Positions 1-15,000 are shown, numbered from the stretch's first letter. The stretch is DNA of 64,000 bases from Camelus dromedarius (GCF_036321535.1 NC_087437.1:85500001-85564000), one strand, 5' to 3'. Program-made: numbers and translations. Notes: generated from the letters alone by a model not told the origin.

Positions 1-59
1 ACAGATATACGGGCACAAGCAAGACGAAGTCCACCAAATGTCACATCATCCTTATTTGC

Positions 60-600
60 TTCTGTCAGTATGAGAACGAAAACCTCTCTGCTCACCCATC
101 AAGTCTCTGAGCTCTTCATTTCTCTGTCCAAACCGTGAGCTTAGCTGACGAGGCTCCTCTCCCAGCCTCTACCCCAACTTTATTCTCTGGAATGTCTACT
201 CATCAAACATCACAGCTTCTCAAACTCATTTCTGAATTTTCCCTTCACATGTGTCTTAAATGACATTTTCCCCTATGAGGTACCGTTTCCTGCAGCCCTT
301 TCAATTAGAAACTTTTTTTTCTCATATGCCATTTATCTTAAATTTGAGAGCAAGATTGATATCCTCTTTGCTCTCCATTGTTGCTTGCAGATTTTTATTT
401 CTTCTCGATCTTTGGAATTCTCAACATTTAGCTACATACCTGCTTTATAGAACCTCTCCAAGATCCTCAACTGAAGTATCTGGCATTAGTCCCTTCATCA
501 TAGACCTTACAGAGAGTCCCTAGTACTTCCACTCCGTTGCAGGACACTCCAATACCCTTTTTATACTCATTTCACTCCTTAAGCTCCTAACATATTCAAC
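60..600 (+). mobile_element. Old L2 LINE-like fragment
   Basis: Pyrimidine-rich degenerate sequence resembling the L2 body; recognised by eye only. Confidence 0.35.
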
Positions 601-629
601 TCTAAAGAATTTTTCTTTACCTTACCCTA

Positions 630-775
630 TCACAGTCACACTGTGCATCATAATAGTACTTTTCTTGCAGAGTTGATATAAGGAATAAGTTAATTAAATC
701 ACATAAAATGCTTAAATCAATTCCTGGAACATAACAAATGCCCATTAAATATTAGCAATCACTATTATTAGTATT
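630..775 (+). mobile_element. MIR SINE 3' part
   Basis: 'taatagtactttt...gagttgatataaggaataagt...taaaatgcttaaatcaattcctggaacataacaaatgcccattaaatattagc' resembles the MIR core and tail. Confidence 0.6.
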
Positions 776-1237
776 TCGGTAATTGCCTAATCTTCATTGT
801 CCTTTTGTTCCTCTCCCCTTTCATATTTCACGATCACTATCCTCAGATGAGCACTCTACACCAACCAGAACACTTGTGTTTTGGTTGCTGTTGTTTTTGT
901 TTTTCCTAGTAACTATGCTCTTCCAAAAACACAAAGTCAATTTCATTCTACCACAACACTCCTCAAATCTCTTGTTCCCATCTCACTTTAGCTGGCGTGT
1001 CTAAAAAACAAAAACAGAGAGACTGCATCTTTCTGCCATTAAATTTATAACAGACTTATAATTGTAAGTATACGTATTTTTTTTTCTTCCATTCCTTCAT
1101 CTACTACATTCTACTTACTTCCAAATGAGGGAGTTGTTTGTTCATTTCTGCTGAATTTCATTTGTTTAGTGACTGGCCCTTCTGATTTTTTCCACTTCTT
1201 AATAGAATCATACCCATATTTATTCAAACAAGCTCCA

Positions 1238-2045
1238 GGGAAAAATACACAAATGAATAATAGGCACATGAAAAGATACTCAAACTCATCAGTTGTCAGG
1301 AAAATGCTAGTCAAGATCACAATGAGATACCACTTCACTCTCACTAGAACAACTAAAATCAAAAAGTCAGATAATAACAAATGCTGATGAGGATGTGGAG
1401 AAATCTGAACCCTCATGCATTGCTAATGGCATGAAGTGGTACTGCTTCTTTGAAAACGGTTTGCCAATCACTCCAATGGTTAAACTGGGTTACCATATGA
1501 CCCAGAAATTCCACTCCTAGGTATATACCCAAGAGAAATGAAATCAAATTTACACAAAAGTTTGTTCATATATGTCAAAGTAGAATTATTCACAATAGCC
1601 AGAGGTGGCCACAACCCAAATTTCTATTAATGTATGAATACATAAGCAAAATGTGGTATGTAAGCACAGTGAAATATCATTCAGACATTAGAATGAAATA
1701 CTGACACCTGGTACAACATAGATGAAACTTAAAAACATTACACTAAATGAAAGCTAGTCACAAAAGGTCACATATATGATTCCATTCATATGTACTGTTG
1801 AGAAAGTGGAAATCTGTAGAGTGTTAACCCAGCTTACGGCTGGGTGGGTAAGGGGTTGGAGTGAGGTACAAAAAGTCAGTGCTAAACCATACAGGGTTTG
1901 CTTTGGGGTTGGTAAAAATGTTCTAAAATTGCCTCTTGTGATGATCGCACCTACCTGTGAATATACTAAAAATAATTGAATCATACATTTTAAATTGGTA
2001 AATTATAAGGTATGTGAACTGTGTCTCAGTAAAGTTGCTAAAAAT
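1238..2045 (+). mobile_element. Old L1 (L1MB-like) ORF2 C-terminus plus 3' UTR
   Basis: ORF 1169-1387 contains HMKRYS..MLVKITMRYHFT..KKSDNNKC (L1 ORF2 C-terminus); 'ccatatgacccagaaattccactcctaggtatatacccaagagaaatg'; 3' end 'gtgaactgtgtctcagtaaagttg'. Confidence 0.9.
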
Positions 2046-3792
2046 ATATCTTAAGTATGTTTCTTTTCTACCCATAGTCCAGACCAAGCCACTATTTAAT
2101 ATGGTAATATCCCAGTAATATTTTACTTATATTCTTGGTTATTCCAATGATATTTCTACATAGCAGAGTGCATGTTAAATATACGTAAATTAAATTCCAT
2201 CGCATGGATGCTTAAAACATTTCAGTGGCTTTCAGTCACATCTGGAATACAATATAATCTTCAAAAAATAGCAAAGCCACATATAGATTGGACGTGTAAC
2301 TTTCTAAAGTCACATGAAACCACTTTGCTTTATATTTTGGAAATCACCTTCTAAACCTTTGAACACAGAACACTCTCCTATCCTTCCACTTGCCTCTTCT
2401 TCCTAGATCTTTCTTATGTTGGTTTTATTCCAACTCCTCAAACAGGAGTCCCCAGATCACACAATTTGAATTAATTTTCCATTAAATGTTCCATTTAATA
2501 TCTTCTCATTGGATTCCGTGGCGTCTCCAGGGCTCCCAAGTACAGTCCATTGGTTTTTGGTGGAGAAAAGTAACTAGAGAGGAGGTTGGAAGTGGGGATT
2601 TTTTTTGTAATTCTATCTCCTTTAACCACATCTTAGGGTATTTCATAAGGTTTGTTTTCTAATTTTTTTTGAAACCACTAACATATTATATTCCAATATA
2701 TCAATTCATTTTTAAATGTAACATTGATTTTGCTTGTCCAGAAGTAAATAAACCCCAGGGAAGGAGTTCACATTTCATCCTTACTCTTTTGATCCTGTTT
2801 AGAGATTAATGCTTAGCTGTGCATCTGGTGCTGCAAAGGAAAACACCGTGGAGTCACATTGTTAGTTTAACTAAGTCATTTAACCCAACATTTCAGGTTG
2901 GCATTTTGCAAAGTTGTAACTTCAAAGCTGGTATTTCACAAAAATCATTAAAAAATAGATGTCCTCTCCATTATATACTTTTTGTAAAGGTTAAGTGCAC
3001 AGTGTCTCACTTTTAAGGTAATTCTTGAATTGATAACAGAGTTACTCCCTTTTTTTTTTTTAGAGATGTCAACCATAATACATGGTTCATTAAAAATCAC
3101 CCACAGTCTTCATTGTTCTTATGCCTTCCTTTCAGAGTTTTAAGTAAAAATATATGCTAGACTCCCTCACTTGGAAAGTTTATTGTCATGACTTTTTCTA
3201 TGTAACAATCAAGCATTATAACTCACTTTTTCACATCCCACATAAAAAGATTTATTTTTCTATAAATATTAAGCCGATCACTGGTTGAAGTTTAGGAATG
3301 TCTACCTTTGACCAACCACAAAAAACGACTCAGTGCAAAATACATAGTCCTATTCACTTCTCATAATGTGAAAATCTGATGCTAGGTGTTTATAGTTCAG
3401 GTGAGATTGGAATGTATTATAAACATGATTTATTTTGTAAAGTGCAATCAAATGAAATGTAAAACTGTGTGAATCGTATACAGATTTACAGTGAAGATTC
3501 CTGTTCCTAAATCAAGTTGGAGGTGTCTCAAATTACACAGAAAATACACACTGGTTTAAATAAATAACTTTGAATACATTAAAGGTCAACTTTAATAAGT
3601 AAATCACAGGATAACTTCAGAGTTGCTCAATAATTCCAGCTCTATGTGACCTAAACTGGCCTGTTTAGGTCCTGGAAATGAATGCAAATGAATGCATTTA
3701 CTAAAGCATGTTGATATTAAAGACTCCAAATGAAACTTTTATTTTCCTTTATGGAACAATGAAAAAACCCTCTCTTGAACATTGCACCTATG

Positions 3793-3830
3793 TGTTTGTG
3801 TTTGCGTGTGTGTGTGTGTGTGTGTGTGTG
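3793..3830. repeat. (GT)n microsatellite
   Basis: Seen directly. Confidence 0.95.
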
Positions 3831-4377
3831 TTTTAATTGTGTGGTTTTCTCTTTTTGATCACTGATTGACCCAACTGTGATCATTTATATTTGTGCCACC
3901 ATGAAACAGAGTTGGTAACAGTGGTGATGCTTTACAGACTGTCTTTGTCCTTACTTAAATAGTTAATGTAAATTTAGGTTAATATAACACTCACTACAGT
4001 TTTTAATAGGTGAAAATAAACGGAAACTACATTTCTTTACATGCCATCATTTGATCTCTGCCAAACAATTCCCTTATTATTTATCCATCTCAACCCTTGC
4101 TTTCTCTTCCTCTGTTCAAGATACTTGATACTGCAGTTGTTCATTTTCCCACATCATGAAATATGGAGAGTTTGAGCAAAATGAGCATAATTTCTTTTAA
4201 AGATACCATATTTTTGAAAATGTTGACTAACAATGAATACATATCTCTTGTAACCAGAACAAATAGTGTTTAAAATCTGTGTTGTTCTTATCGAGTGAAA
4301 GATTCTTTAAATTCTATAGTGCTTTGTAATTTTCAAAAGTTTCACACACAAGATTTCGTATAATCCCATAATAACCC

Positions 4378-4533
4378 TTTTTTCTCCTACCTGTATACTG
4401 CCCTCCACCCTTCCCTCTCCCCACTGGTAACCACTAGTTTGATTCTCTATATATTTAAGTCTGCTTCTTTGTTTTATCCACTACTTTATTGTAAAAAACA
4501 AAACAAAACAAAACAAACAAACAAACAAACAAA
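4378..4533 (-). mobile_element. Short L1 3'-UTR fragment (antisense) followed by (CAAAA/CAAA)n tract
   Basis: 'cccttccctctccccactggtaaccactagtttgattctctatat' is the reverse complement of the L1 3' UTR motif seen at 48785-48830 and 56470-56515. Confidence 0.7.
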
Positions 4534-7261
4534 ACTGTTTTTTTCACCGTGTTGTCAACTATGCTATCACCCGCCCTTTTGGCTCTTGCTACATCCAGCC
4601 ATGTCCTCCCCTACTCAAAACTATAGCTTGTCTCCTGCAACTCCAAGTGCAAGTTGAAAACTGACTGACTCTGTATATTGTACTCTTAAGCATTTGCATG
4701 ATTAAATGCAATTCTGAAAGAGTGAGGATAAAAAACATACTGTTTAATTTCTAAAAATATTACAAGTCTTTTTCATTTACCATCACATACAGGAAGGAGA
4801 ATCAGTGTTGGTCTCACATATACTTTTCAAATGGACAATACACATTGGAAATAATCTCTCAACTGTATCAGCCACAATGAGTTCCATGAAGAATGCTGGC
4901 TGTTTGTTTGACTGAGTTTGAAGCAGTTCTGATAAACGTTTCCTAACCAAACAGCTGGAGTTTTATTAGTTTTTCATTTTTGCAAAATGACTTTCACACC
5001 AAGTCTCATCTCATCCCAGTAACCAAAGTGGAATTTTATATCACATTTTTCCTTTAAGCAAGCTTAGAATTCTTAAAATTGTAAACTTAACTCTAACTAT
5101 GACACTTTAAATTTAATTACATAATTTTATCCTTTCTTTTCATAAACTCCTTGACAGCAATAGGATATGGTAAGTATTTTTATAGGGAATAAACTCCAGT
5201 GTAATGACTTCAAAATAACATTGGTCAGCCAACACTGTTCCTCAGAACAAAGGCTCATATTTGAAGTAAGTATACTTAGGAAAAATAATTTTTAAAAACC
5301 TACAGAAATGCATAAAATTTCCTCAGAAAAATCTGTTCAGCATCAAGTCAGTCATTGAATCTTTTCTGCCCAGATGTTGTAGCTCTTTGAACAGAATGAA
5401 ACTAAGAAGATCTTTTGGAAAAGACAAACTAAAATCATTTACATATACCATAAAAACAACATTCTTAAAAACTGAGGCAAATCCCCAGATATTTTGAATT
5501 ATTAGATGTTGATCAAAAATACTCATATGTAACCAGAATTTTAGAATCCACACTGTGATATGATAAAAATTGTAGACCAAGAATTAGAAAAGCTAGATTC
5601 TGCCAACAATTGATATAAATGTGGTACTATGGGACTCAATTTCTTCTGCTTATTAGAAATATGTTCTTTTTAAGCTTCTGTTACATTTTGTATTTACCTA
5701 TTATTTAGATAGGTATAGCCAATGAATGAACAGAGATTCTAAATTTCCATCTGTTTTGGTGAGCTATTGATTTTGTGTGTGAATGCTTAACACAGAAACT
5801 GGTTCTATTACTTACTATTCTTTATACACAAAAATGAACCTGAACCAGTATACCAATTATAGGCTCTGGAAAATTTACCCTAATCTTGATTTCTTTATTT
5901 TTTAGGATTAAAACTGACAATATCAAATATAATAAATTAAGTATTTTATTTTAGTCAGCTGAAAACATGTTTCCTAGTGTATATGTTATCTTACCACTTT
6001 CTAAAGTTTATGAAATCAGAGTTGAAAAAAATGGTTGAAGTATTTAATATACATCTCAGTTTTAGTTACAATAAAATTAATTTACTATAATTTATATGTA
6101 TTCAAATAATGTTTTGGATCATATTTGACGGTGTGGGATAAATATAAACTGTATAGATAGGTACCAATTGTGAATGTGTACATGTGAACATACTGTGCTT
6201 TGTGATGGCATTGTAATTTCCTTACAGTAATTCTCAACTTTCTACTATTTTTGTATAAAGCTTCATCTTGGAGCTGGGTGGGCATTACAGAGTTAGGTTG
6301 CAGTCAAATACAGTAAAGAACCTAGTTATAAGAAGGAAAGAGATAAAGTGAGAATAATGTATCAGTGGTCATTAACAGGATGTGACAAGGGGGAAACTAA
6401 CATTTCTTCAACTTTTAAATAATTCCTTAGGGAAATCAGTGATGCAGAAGAAGAGTGAGATTAAAAACTGAAAATTCCGCACTTACTCAGGTTGGGGGCT
6501 TAGATAATGTTAGTTACATATTATTCAAATAGTGACCCCTGAAAGCTGGAGAACCTGGACTCATGCACTGCATGAAAATCATGGAGTAATTTTGTATAGC
6601 ACCAGATAGCCCAAAAGCAGGTTGCTTGAAACATAGTATGGCATTGGATCCACTGTCTCATAATAATCTAATTTATGAAAGTTAGAATGTTATATTTCAG
6701 TTCATGATTTCCATCTATTTTCTACTGACTGAATGACAAGGCTCTTGGTCCCTAAATCATGACCAATAACTACATAACTTTAGTTTTTCTCTGGTTTTAC
6801 TGGTCATTTCTATTTTTTTTTTAAAGTTACAATAATCGTATAAACTGGCATGATCTGAGCCTGGCCTACATTTCATATATTTATAGCAAAGTTAGTACAA
6901 AAATACATTATGGTATTTGTCATGCCCAGTTTTAAAGGCTGCCAAATCTCACTGAGCTCACCGTAGACTAGGAAACACATTTCAACCACAAAGGTCAAAA
7001 CCTTACTTATTCCTTTATCTAGTGGTGGTCAGATTCTACAGAATATGTTCCTGCTACTAAGCATCAAAAGAAATTGAATTACACTTGGTATCAAATTTAT
7101 TCTTAAACCTGGGTCAAGAATGACTGAAGAATTTAGAGTACTCTTTCTGTTAGCTCTACTCAGGAAATAAGTTTGTATACAAGATAACTGCTTTAAACAT
7201 ACAGAAATGGAGCAAACACAGTAACAGATTTTCAATCATGATTTTAAACACAACAAAAAAA

Positions 7262-10200
7262 GGGGAAGTGGATCAAGATGGCAAAGTAAAAGATGTGGAG
7301 CTCACCTCCCCCAGCAAACACATCAAAAAGTATATCTACACATGGAAAAATTCTCATAGAAAACCTACTGGAAACTGGTAAAAGCTTTCTTATGCAAACA
7401 AACTTTCAAGAAAGATCACCACATAACTGGATAGGACAAAAAAAGGCATCAGGAAGGGACCCACACTCCTGGAAGAGATCTGTGAAAGAGGCATGGGCAA
7501 GTCCTTTCCTTGAGAAGCACCTGCCTGCTAGGAAATCTGGAGGGAAAGATAAAGGAGCTGGAGGAAACTGGACTCTGCTCACAAGGAGTGCACAGGTGTT
7601 GGCTTGCTCGCAATCATGGCAGAGAGAAACCAGTGTTGACAGCTGCCATCTACTTGCATTTGCCAGCCCAAAATGTGTGCCAAGTGGGGCTGCTAGCATG
7701 TACAGTGACTAGGCAGTGAATCTCAGGCCCTGGGAGAAGACTCAGTCTAGCTGCATGGAGACAGCCTAAAGCTCCTAGGCTGTGGTCCAGGCTGAAATTT
7801 AGAGCCCATTGTCAGCACCCGACTGGTGGGGACAGTTCCAGGATCTGATCCAGCAGAGGCATTCTTTGTTGGCACACATACTGGGTGGTTTCACAGAATC
7901 ATATCTCCAGCAGACAAGCCCATGAGGAGGAATACTCAGTAGTTCCTTCCCTGGTGGAAGCACTCCAGTTCTGCCCACCTCACACCAAAGCTTGAAGTCA
8001 GATCATGGGCAGACAGCTTCTGGGAGAACCCATCCACAGAGGCAGCCTAGGTCCCAGGCAGCAACACAACCATCTCAATTCCTGCAGCCACAGCACTGTG
8101 ACCCCCAGGATTAGCCTAGCACTAGGTTTGGTATGCATACAACAAAAGGGATGCAACCTTGAACTGCTTCTGGCCCAACCACAGAGGTCTGCACAGGCTG
8201 CACACAGGTTTGCTGTGATGACACAGGCCTCACTTGCTTCAGTGTCACCTCCTTTGGGACAGACCACACACTTCAGGGCATGCACTTATCAAACCCAGTT
8301 TTCAGGGATTCTCCTCTAAGAACTGTGGAGCAAACTCCACCCCCAACAGGGCTGTGATAGCCATGAAGCAAAGAGAAGGCCCCACTCAACATCCAGTGCA
8401 GGCTCTAGACACTACAACAATAATCACACCCCCAGTCAAGGTAATAACCGCTAGCAGCACACTCTGAGGAAAGCTGTGGCAGGCATTCATACCCAAACAG
8501 CACTTACATCAAAAATAATGGACTCAGTCTACACAGGGATGCTCCCACATAAAAGCACCCCTTCAATACCACAGGAGATACTGTTTCTCCTAAATTCATA
8601 CAGAGGAAGTATAATGAAAAAGCAGAGGAACTACTCCTAATTAAAAGAATAGAAATTTCCTGAAAGCACAGACAGCAAAACAGACCTCACCAGTTTAATA
8701 GACACTGAGTTGAAAAGGAGGTAAAATGCTGAAGGAATCAAGAAAGACTATTGATAGAAATGCAGATCACTGTAACAAGGAAATAGACACATAAAGAGGA
8801 TCAAAATTACACAACTCAATTGCCAAGATAAAAAAAACAACCAAGAAGCAATAAATAGCAGACTAAATAATGAAGAACAAATAAGTGATTGATCTGGAAG
8901 ACAGAATAGAAATCAGAAGAGCAGACAGAAAGACAAATGAACAAAATGAAAGCAGTATATGAGATCTATGTAATAATATAAAGCATGCCAACTATGCAGA
9001 ATAGGAGTTCCAGAAGGAGAAGGAAAAAGGGGATCAAAAATGTATTTTAAGTAATTAGGGTTGAAAACTTTCCAAAGAAAGAAATAGATATCCAGGTAAG
9101 GAAGCACAGAGGGTCTCAAACAAGATGAATCCAAACAGACCCATACCAAGATATATCATAATTAAAATGGAAAAAGATAAGCATAAAGAGAGGATTCCAA
9201 AGGTAGCAAGATAAAAACAAAGTTGGTTACAAGGGAACCGCCATAAGTCTATCATCTGATTTCTCTGCAGAAACTTCATAGGCCAGAAGAGAGTGGCATG
9301 AAATAGTCAAACTCATGAAAGGAAAACCTGCAACTTAGGATACTCTATGCAGCAAGATTATTATTTAGAATAGAAGGAGTGATAATTTGACAGATAAGCA
9401 AAAACTATAATAATACCTCAATATCTAAAAGAAATATTGAAAGACTTTCTCCACTTAGAAAAGAAGCAAGAATCTATAGGAAAGAGAAAATCATAATTGG
9501 AAAACTAAATATATAAAAGGATTGAAGATTACTTATAATACGCTAGTTCATACATTAAAAAAGGGTAAAATCTTATATGGATTGTAACTACAAATAACTG
9601 CAAAAGGATAAATGTGAAGATGTAAAATAAGTTGTCAAAATTGGAAAATGTTGGGGAGAGGAGCAAAAAAAAAAAAACAGTCATTTTAGAATGTGTTTGA
9701 ACTTACTATCAGTCTAAAAAAGTAATACAGCTATGGGTTAACAATTGAAAAGCAGGGTCATTACAAATGCAACATAAGATAGATTCACAAAAGCCAAAAA
9801 GGAAAACTCAAAATGGCTTAAAGACCTAAATATAAGACATGACATCATAAACCTTCCAGAAGAGAACATAGGCAAAAACATCCTTATACATAAATTGTAG
9901 CTGTATTTCTTAGATCAAGCTCCTAAGGCAAAAGAAATAAAAGGGGAAAAAAAAAAACAGGACCTAAATAAACTTCAGGGCTTCTACATAGCAAAGGACA
10001 TCATAAACAAAATGAAAGGAAACTTACAGAATGGGAGAAAATACTTTCCAATGATGCAGCCAACAATGCAACCAACAAATGGTTAATACCCAAAATATAT
10101 AAATAGCTCATACAACTATTAAAAAAAATTCAATCAAAAAATGAGCATAATCCCTAAATATATATTCAGAACAGAAACAGACTCACAAAGAAAACAAACT

Positions 10201-10467
10201 TATCATTACCAAAGGGGAAAGGGGAGGGAAGGATAAATTAGGAGTTTGGGATTAACAGATCCACACGACTGTATTTAAAGTAGATAAACAACAAGGATAT
10301 TCATTATATTATAATAACCTGTAATGGAAAATAATCTGAAATATATACATATGTGTATATATATACATATATATATACACACACACACACATATATATAT
10401 AAAATTTATATATATGAATCATTTTGCTATGTACCTGAAACTAACTAACTATACTTCAATAAAAAAA
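7262..10467 (+). mobile_element. L1 with 5' end, decayed ORF1 and two large internal deletions removing most of ORF2
   Basis: 5' start 'gatcaagatggc'; GC-richer 5' UTR to about 8600; ORF1 relic about 8610-9455 alignable to 43621-44516; jump to late ORF2 at about 9805 and to 3' UTR at about 10167; AATAAA and A-tail at 10458-10467; TSD-like aaacaca(a)caaaaa at both ends. Confidence 0.9.
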
Positions 10468-11114
10468 CACACAAAAACACCCAACTAGAATAGACATTTG
10501 TCATTAGGAAAACAATATTTGGATCTTATCACTTAAAGAGTAAATCACTCTTATTTTTCACTTATTTTTATAAAATCCATGAGCTTCCTGCCTTCAGAAT
10601 TCTAGAATTAAAATTATAGAACATCATTTCTTTTATTCTCTAATTTCTACATTTTTGGATGTACTATCTGTCCCAATGTCAATCCTCACTCCAAGTTTCT
10701 TGAATGAACTTGAAGCTGCTTGTGTTAATTGAAATTATATTCAATTTTCTCCTGACATGTTATATTTACCTTTGACTATTTTAAGTTCTTATTCAAGTTG
10801 CCTATTGCCTTCCAACATTTGTGATATTTTTTTCTAAATTCTTTCTTTCTTGGCATCATAATATATTTGGACCTGGAATAAAGTATATGTGTAATCTGTT
10901 AACACATTAGAGACCATGACTACATCTTTATTTACTTTGTAAAACACATTTATTGATTTACAGACAGGAAACAGTTCAGACAATAACTTTTGTTTACCTC
11001 CTATAACCATTACACAGCATAGTTATCCTGAATTCTATTAATAAATGAAATAATCTTATTCCACTTTGTTATTTGACAGCTTATAGCTTTCAAGTTCTCT
11101 CTTTCCTCTCCACT

Positions 11115-11472
11115 TGCTATGTTCTGAAATTTGTGTCTCCCTAAAATTCATGTTGAAATCTTAACACCAAAACATGATAGTATTAGGAGGTGGGGCCTTG
11201 GGAACTGCTTAAGTCATGAGGGTTGAGCTCTCATAAATGGGATTAGTACCTTATAAGTACCCTATTAAGGTCTCCAGCGCCTTGCACCATGTGAGCAGAC
11301 ACAGCAAGAAGGCACTGGCTATGAAGCAGGAAGTAGGCCCAAACCGGGCAATGCTGTAACCCTAATCTCAAACTTCCAGCCTCTAGAAGTGTAAGAAATA
11401 AATTTATATTGTTTTTAAGACATCCAGTCTTAGTGGTACTTAGTTATAGCAGCTCAAACTGACTAGAATACA
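11115..11472 (+). mobile_element. MaLR solo LTR (MLT1A/MST-like)
   Basis: TG...CA ends; 'tgctatg...aaaattcatgttgaaatcttaac...gtattaggaggtggggcctt', 'ttccagcctctagaagtgtaagaaataaat', 'ttatagcagctcaaactgactag'. Confidence 0.9.
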
Positions 11473-12067
11473 TCTTTGGCCTCATAACTAGGCAAGCTGA
11501 TAGGAAGGCACATGAGTTCCCATTTGGCTGTGAAGGGAAATTCAAACCTCACAAAACCTGGCTTACTAGGGGAAACTTTTCCCCAGGTGTGTTATCTAGT
11601 TGAACTCACTCTCTTGGCCTCACACAAACCAGCCTGGATATACTTGTGCCTACCCTACTCTTTCCAGGTTTCCCTTGTGTGGCTATAAACATTGTTTCAA
11701 ATTTTTCTTGGTGTGTGGAATATTAAAGTCAACATTCAACTTATTAATTGGAAAGGGGTCTATTTTACCTTTCATGGTTGACCACAAAATAAATGTTAAA
11801 TATCTATGTGATCTCCCTGTGTTTAGATCTCAATGCTGTGCTAATTATGAAGGCATCTGGAAGAAATGGAAACAGTTCTAGCACGATCACATAAGAAGTA
11901 CTATAAATTCACCTAGAACAGATCTATAATTGCCCAAGTTCCTATCATTTTACCACTGTGGAGAAAAACTTAAAAGGATAGCAATATACATGTGTTTGGT
12001 GTGAACTTTTAAAGCAAACATAAGAAAGCATGTAGCAATATTTTTCTATTAGATATTATATAAAAAT

Positions 12068-15000
12068 ATCCCATTCCAAAACAGCAGAATTCACATTCTT
12101 TCAACTGCACATGGAACATTCCCCAGGATAGATCACATACTAGGCCACAAAACAAGTCTCAAAAAATTTATGAAGATTGAATTCACATAAAGAATTTTCC
12201 AACCACAATGGTATGAAACTAGAAATTACAGAAAGAAAACTGGAAAAAAAAACAAAGACATGGACTAAATATGCTACTAAGGAAACCAATGAGTTAATGA
12301 AGAAATCTAAAAGGAAATCAAAAAATTCCTCAAGATGAATGAAAATAGAAACAATGACCCAAAATCTATGGGATGCAGCAAAAGCAGTTCTAGGAAAGAA
12401 GTTTATAACAATACAGGCCTACTTCAAGAAACAAGAAAAAAAATCAAATAAGCAACTCAACTGTACACCTAAACAAATTAGAAAAATAACAAAGTCCAAA
12501 GTTAGTAGAAGGGAGGAAATAAAGATCAGAGAGGAAATAAATGAAATAGATACTTAAGAAACAATATAAAAAAAAACCATAAAACTGTTTTTTAGAAACA
12601 AAATTCATATCTTTAGCCAGGAAATCAAGGGAAAAAAAGGCGCAAATTTTTAAAATTAGGAATGAAAGAATTTACAACTGCTATCACAGAAAATCAAAAG
12701 AAAATACTATAAACAATTATATACCAAAAAATTGGATAAACTAGAAGAAATTGACAAATTCCTAGAAACATACAGTCTCCCAAACTGACTCAGGAAGAAA
12801 CAGAAAATATGAACAGACAAATTACTAGTAACAAAATTGAATCAGTAAAAAAAAAAAAAAAAAAAAAAAAGAAAGAAAGAAAAAGAAATCTCCCAAACAA
12901 ACATCCAGGACTAGATGACTTCACAGGTGAATTCTATCAAGCTTTTAAAGAGTTAACACCTATCCTTCTCAAACTACCCCCCAAAACTGAAGAGGAACAA
13001 ACACTTCCAAACTCATTCTACAAGGCCACCAGTATCATGCTGATACTAACAGCAGGCAAAGACACTGCTAAAAAAAAGAAAATTACAGACCAATCACCAT
13101 GATGAACACAGATTAAAAAAACCCTCAAAATATTAGCAAAACAAATTTAAGGATACATTAAAAGGATCATACACCATGATTAACTGGGATTTATCGCAGG
13201 GATGCAAGGATGGTTCAATAACTGCAAATCAATCAATATGATAAACTATATTAACAAAATAAAGGATAGAAATCATGTGATCATCTCGATAGTTGCAAAA
13301 AGTATTGCACAAAATTCAGTATTTATATATAAAAAACTCAACAAAGTGTAAGGGAACATAACTCAATATAAAGCCTATTTATGACATACTCATACCTAAC
13401 ATTACATTCAATAGTAAAAAGTTGAAAGATTTTTCTTTAATATCAGAAACAAGACTAGAATGCCCACTCTTGCCACTTTCATTCAAAATAGTATTGGAAC
13501 TTCTAGTCATAGCAATCAGACAAGTAAAAGAAATAAAAGGAATCCAAATTTGAAAGGAAGAAGTAAACTTACTGTTAGCAAATGACGTATTTTATATAGA
13601 AAACCCTAAAGATATCACCAAAAACTATTAAGACTAATAAATGAATTCAGTAAAGTTGTAGGATACAAAACTAATGTACAGAAATATGTGGCATTTCTGT
13701 ACACTAATAATGAACTACTGGAAAGAGTAAGCAAGAAAACATTATCATTTACAACTGCATCAAAAAGAGTAAGATAATCTAGGAGTTAATTTAACTGAGG
13801 AGGACAAACACCTGTACTCTGAAATCTATAAGATATTGAAGAAAAAAACATACAAATAAGTGGAAAGATATTCTGTGTTTATGGATTGAAAGAATTAATA
13901 CTGTTAAAATGTCCACATTACCCAAAGTAATCTACAGATTCACTGCAATTCTTGTTAAAACATCAATGGCGTTTTTCACTGAACTAGAACAAATAACTCT
14001 GTACTGTGTATGGAACCATAAAGAATCCTGAATAATAAAGTAATCTTGAGAAAGAACAAAGTTGGAGGTATTATGCTCCCAGATGTCAGACTATACTAGA
14101 AAGCTACAATAATCAAAGCAGTGTGGTAGTGGCACAAAATCAGACACATAGATCCATGGAACAGAATAGAGAGCCCAGAAATAAACCCACACACATACGG
14201 TCAATTAATCTACAATTAAGAACATAAGAATATACAATACAGAAAGTTTCTTCAATAAGCGGTGTTTGGAAAAGTGGACAGTATCATGTGAAAGAATAAA
14301 ACTAGACCAATTTATCACATCATATACCAAAAAAAGTCAAAACAGATTAAAGACTTAAACGTAAGATCTGAACCCAATAAGGGGTTAATATCCAAAATAT
14401 TTAAAAACTCAAACAACTCAATATCAAGAAAACCCCAAATAATCCAAAAGTAGCAGAGAAACTGAGTAAGTGTTTTCCAAAGACATACATGTGGTCTACA
14501 GGCACATGAACAAATGCTCAGCATCACTAATCATCAGGGAAATGCAAATCAAAACCACAAGATATCACTTCACATCTGTCAGAATGGCCATTATCAAAAA
14601 GAGGGAATAATAAGTGTTGGTGATAATGTGAAGAAAAGGGAACACTAGTGCACTGTTTGTAGGAATTCAAATTTGTATAGCCACTATGAAAAAATATGAA
14701 AGTTCTTCACAAAACTTAAAATAGAAGTACCATACTATCCAGCAATTTCACTCCTTATCTAAAGAAATCAAAAACACTAATTTGCAAAGACAGATGCACT
14801 CTAATGTTCAAGCAGCATGATTTTCAATAACCAAGGTATGGAAGCAAGCTACGTGTTCATTGACAGATAAACGGATAAATTCATTTTATATATATACATA
14901 TATATATGTATATATATAAATAAAATATTTATATTTATATATAAATGAATTATTAGCCATAAAAAAGAATGAAACCTTATCATTTGCAACAACATATATG

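Noticed and set aside
7293..8467. Cluster of 69-139 aa ORFs on both strands
   Set aside because: They lie in the GC-richer L1 5' UTR; no recognisable domain, and no support for an ORF0 equivalent
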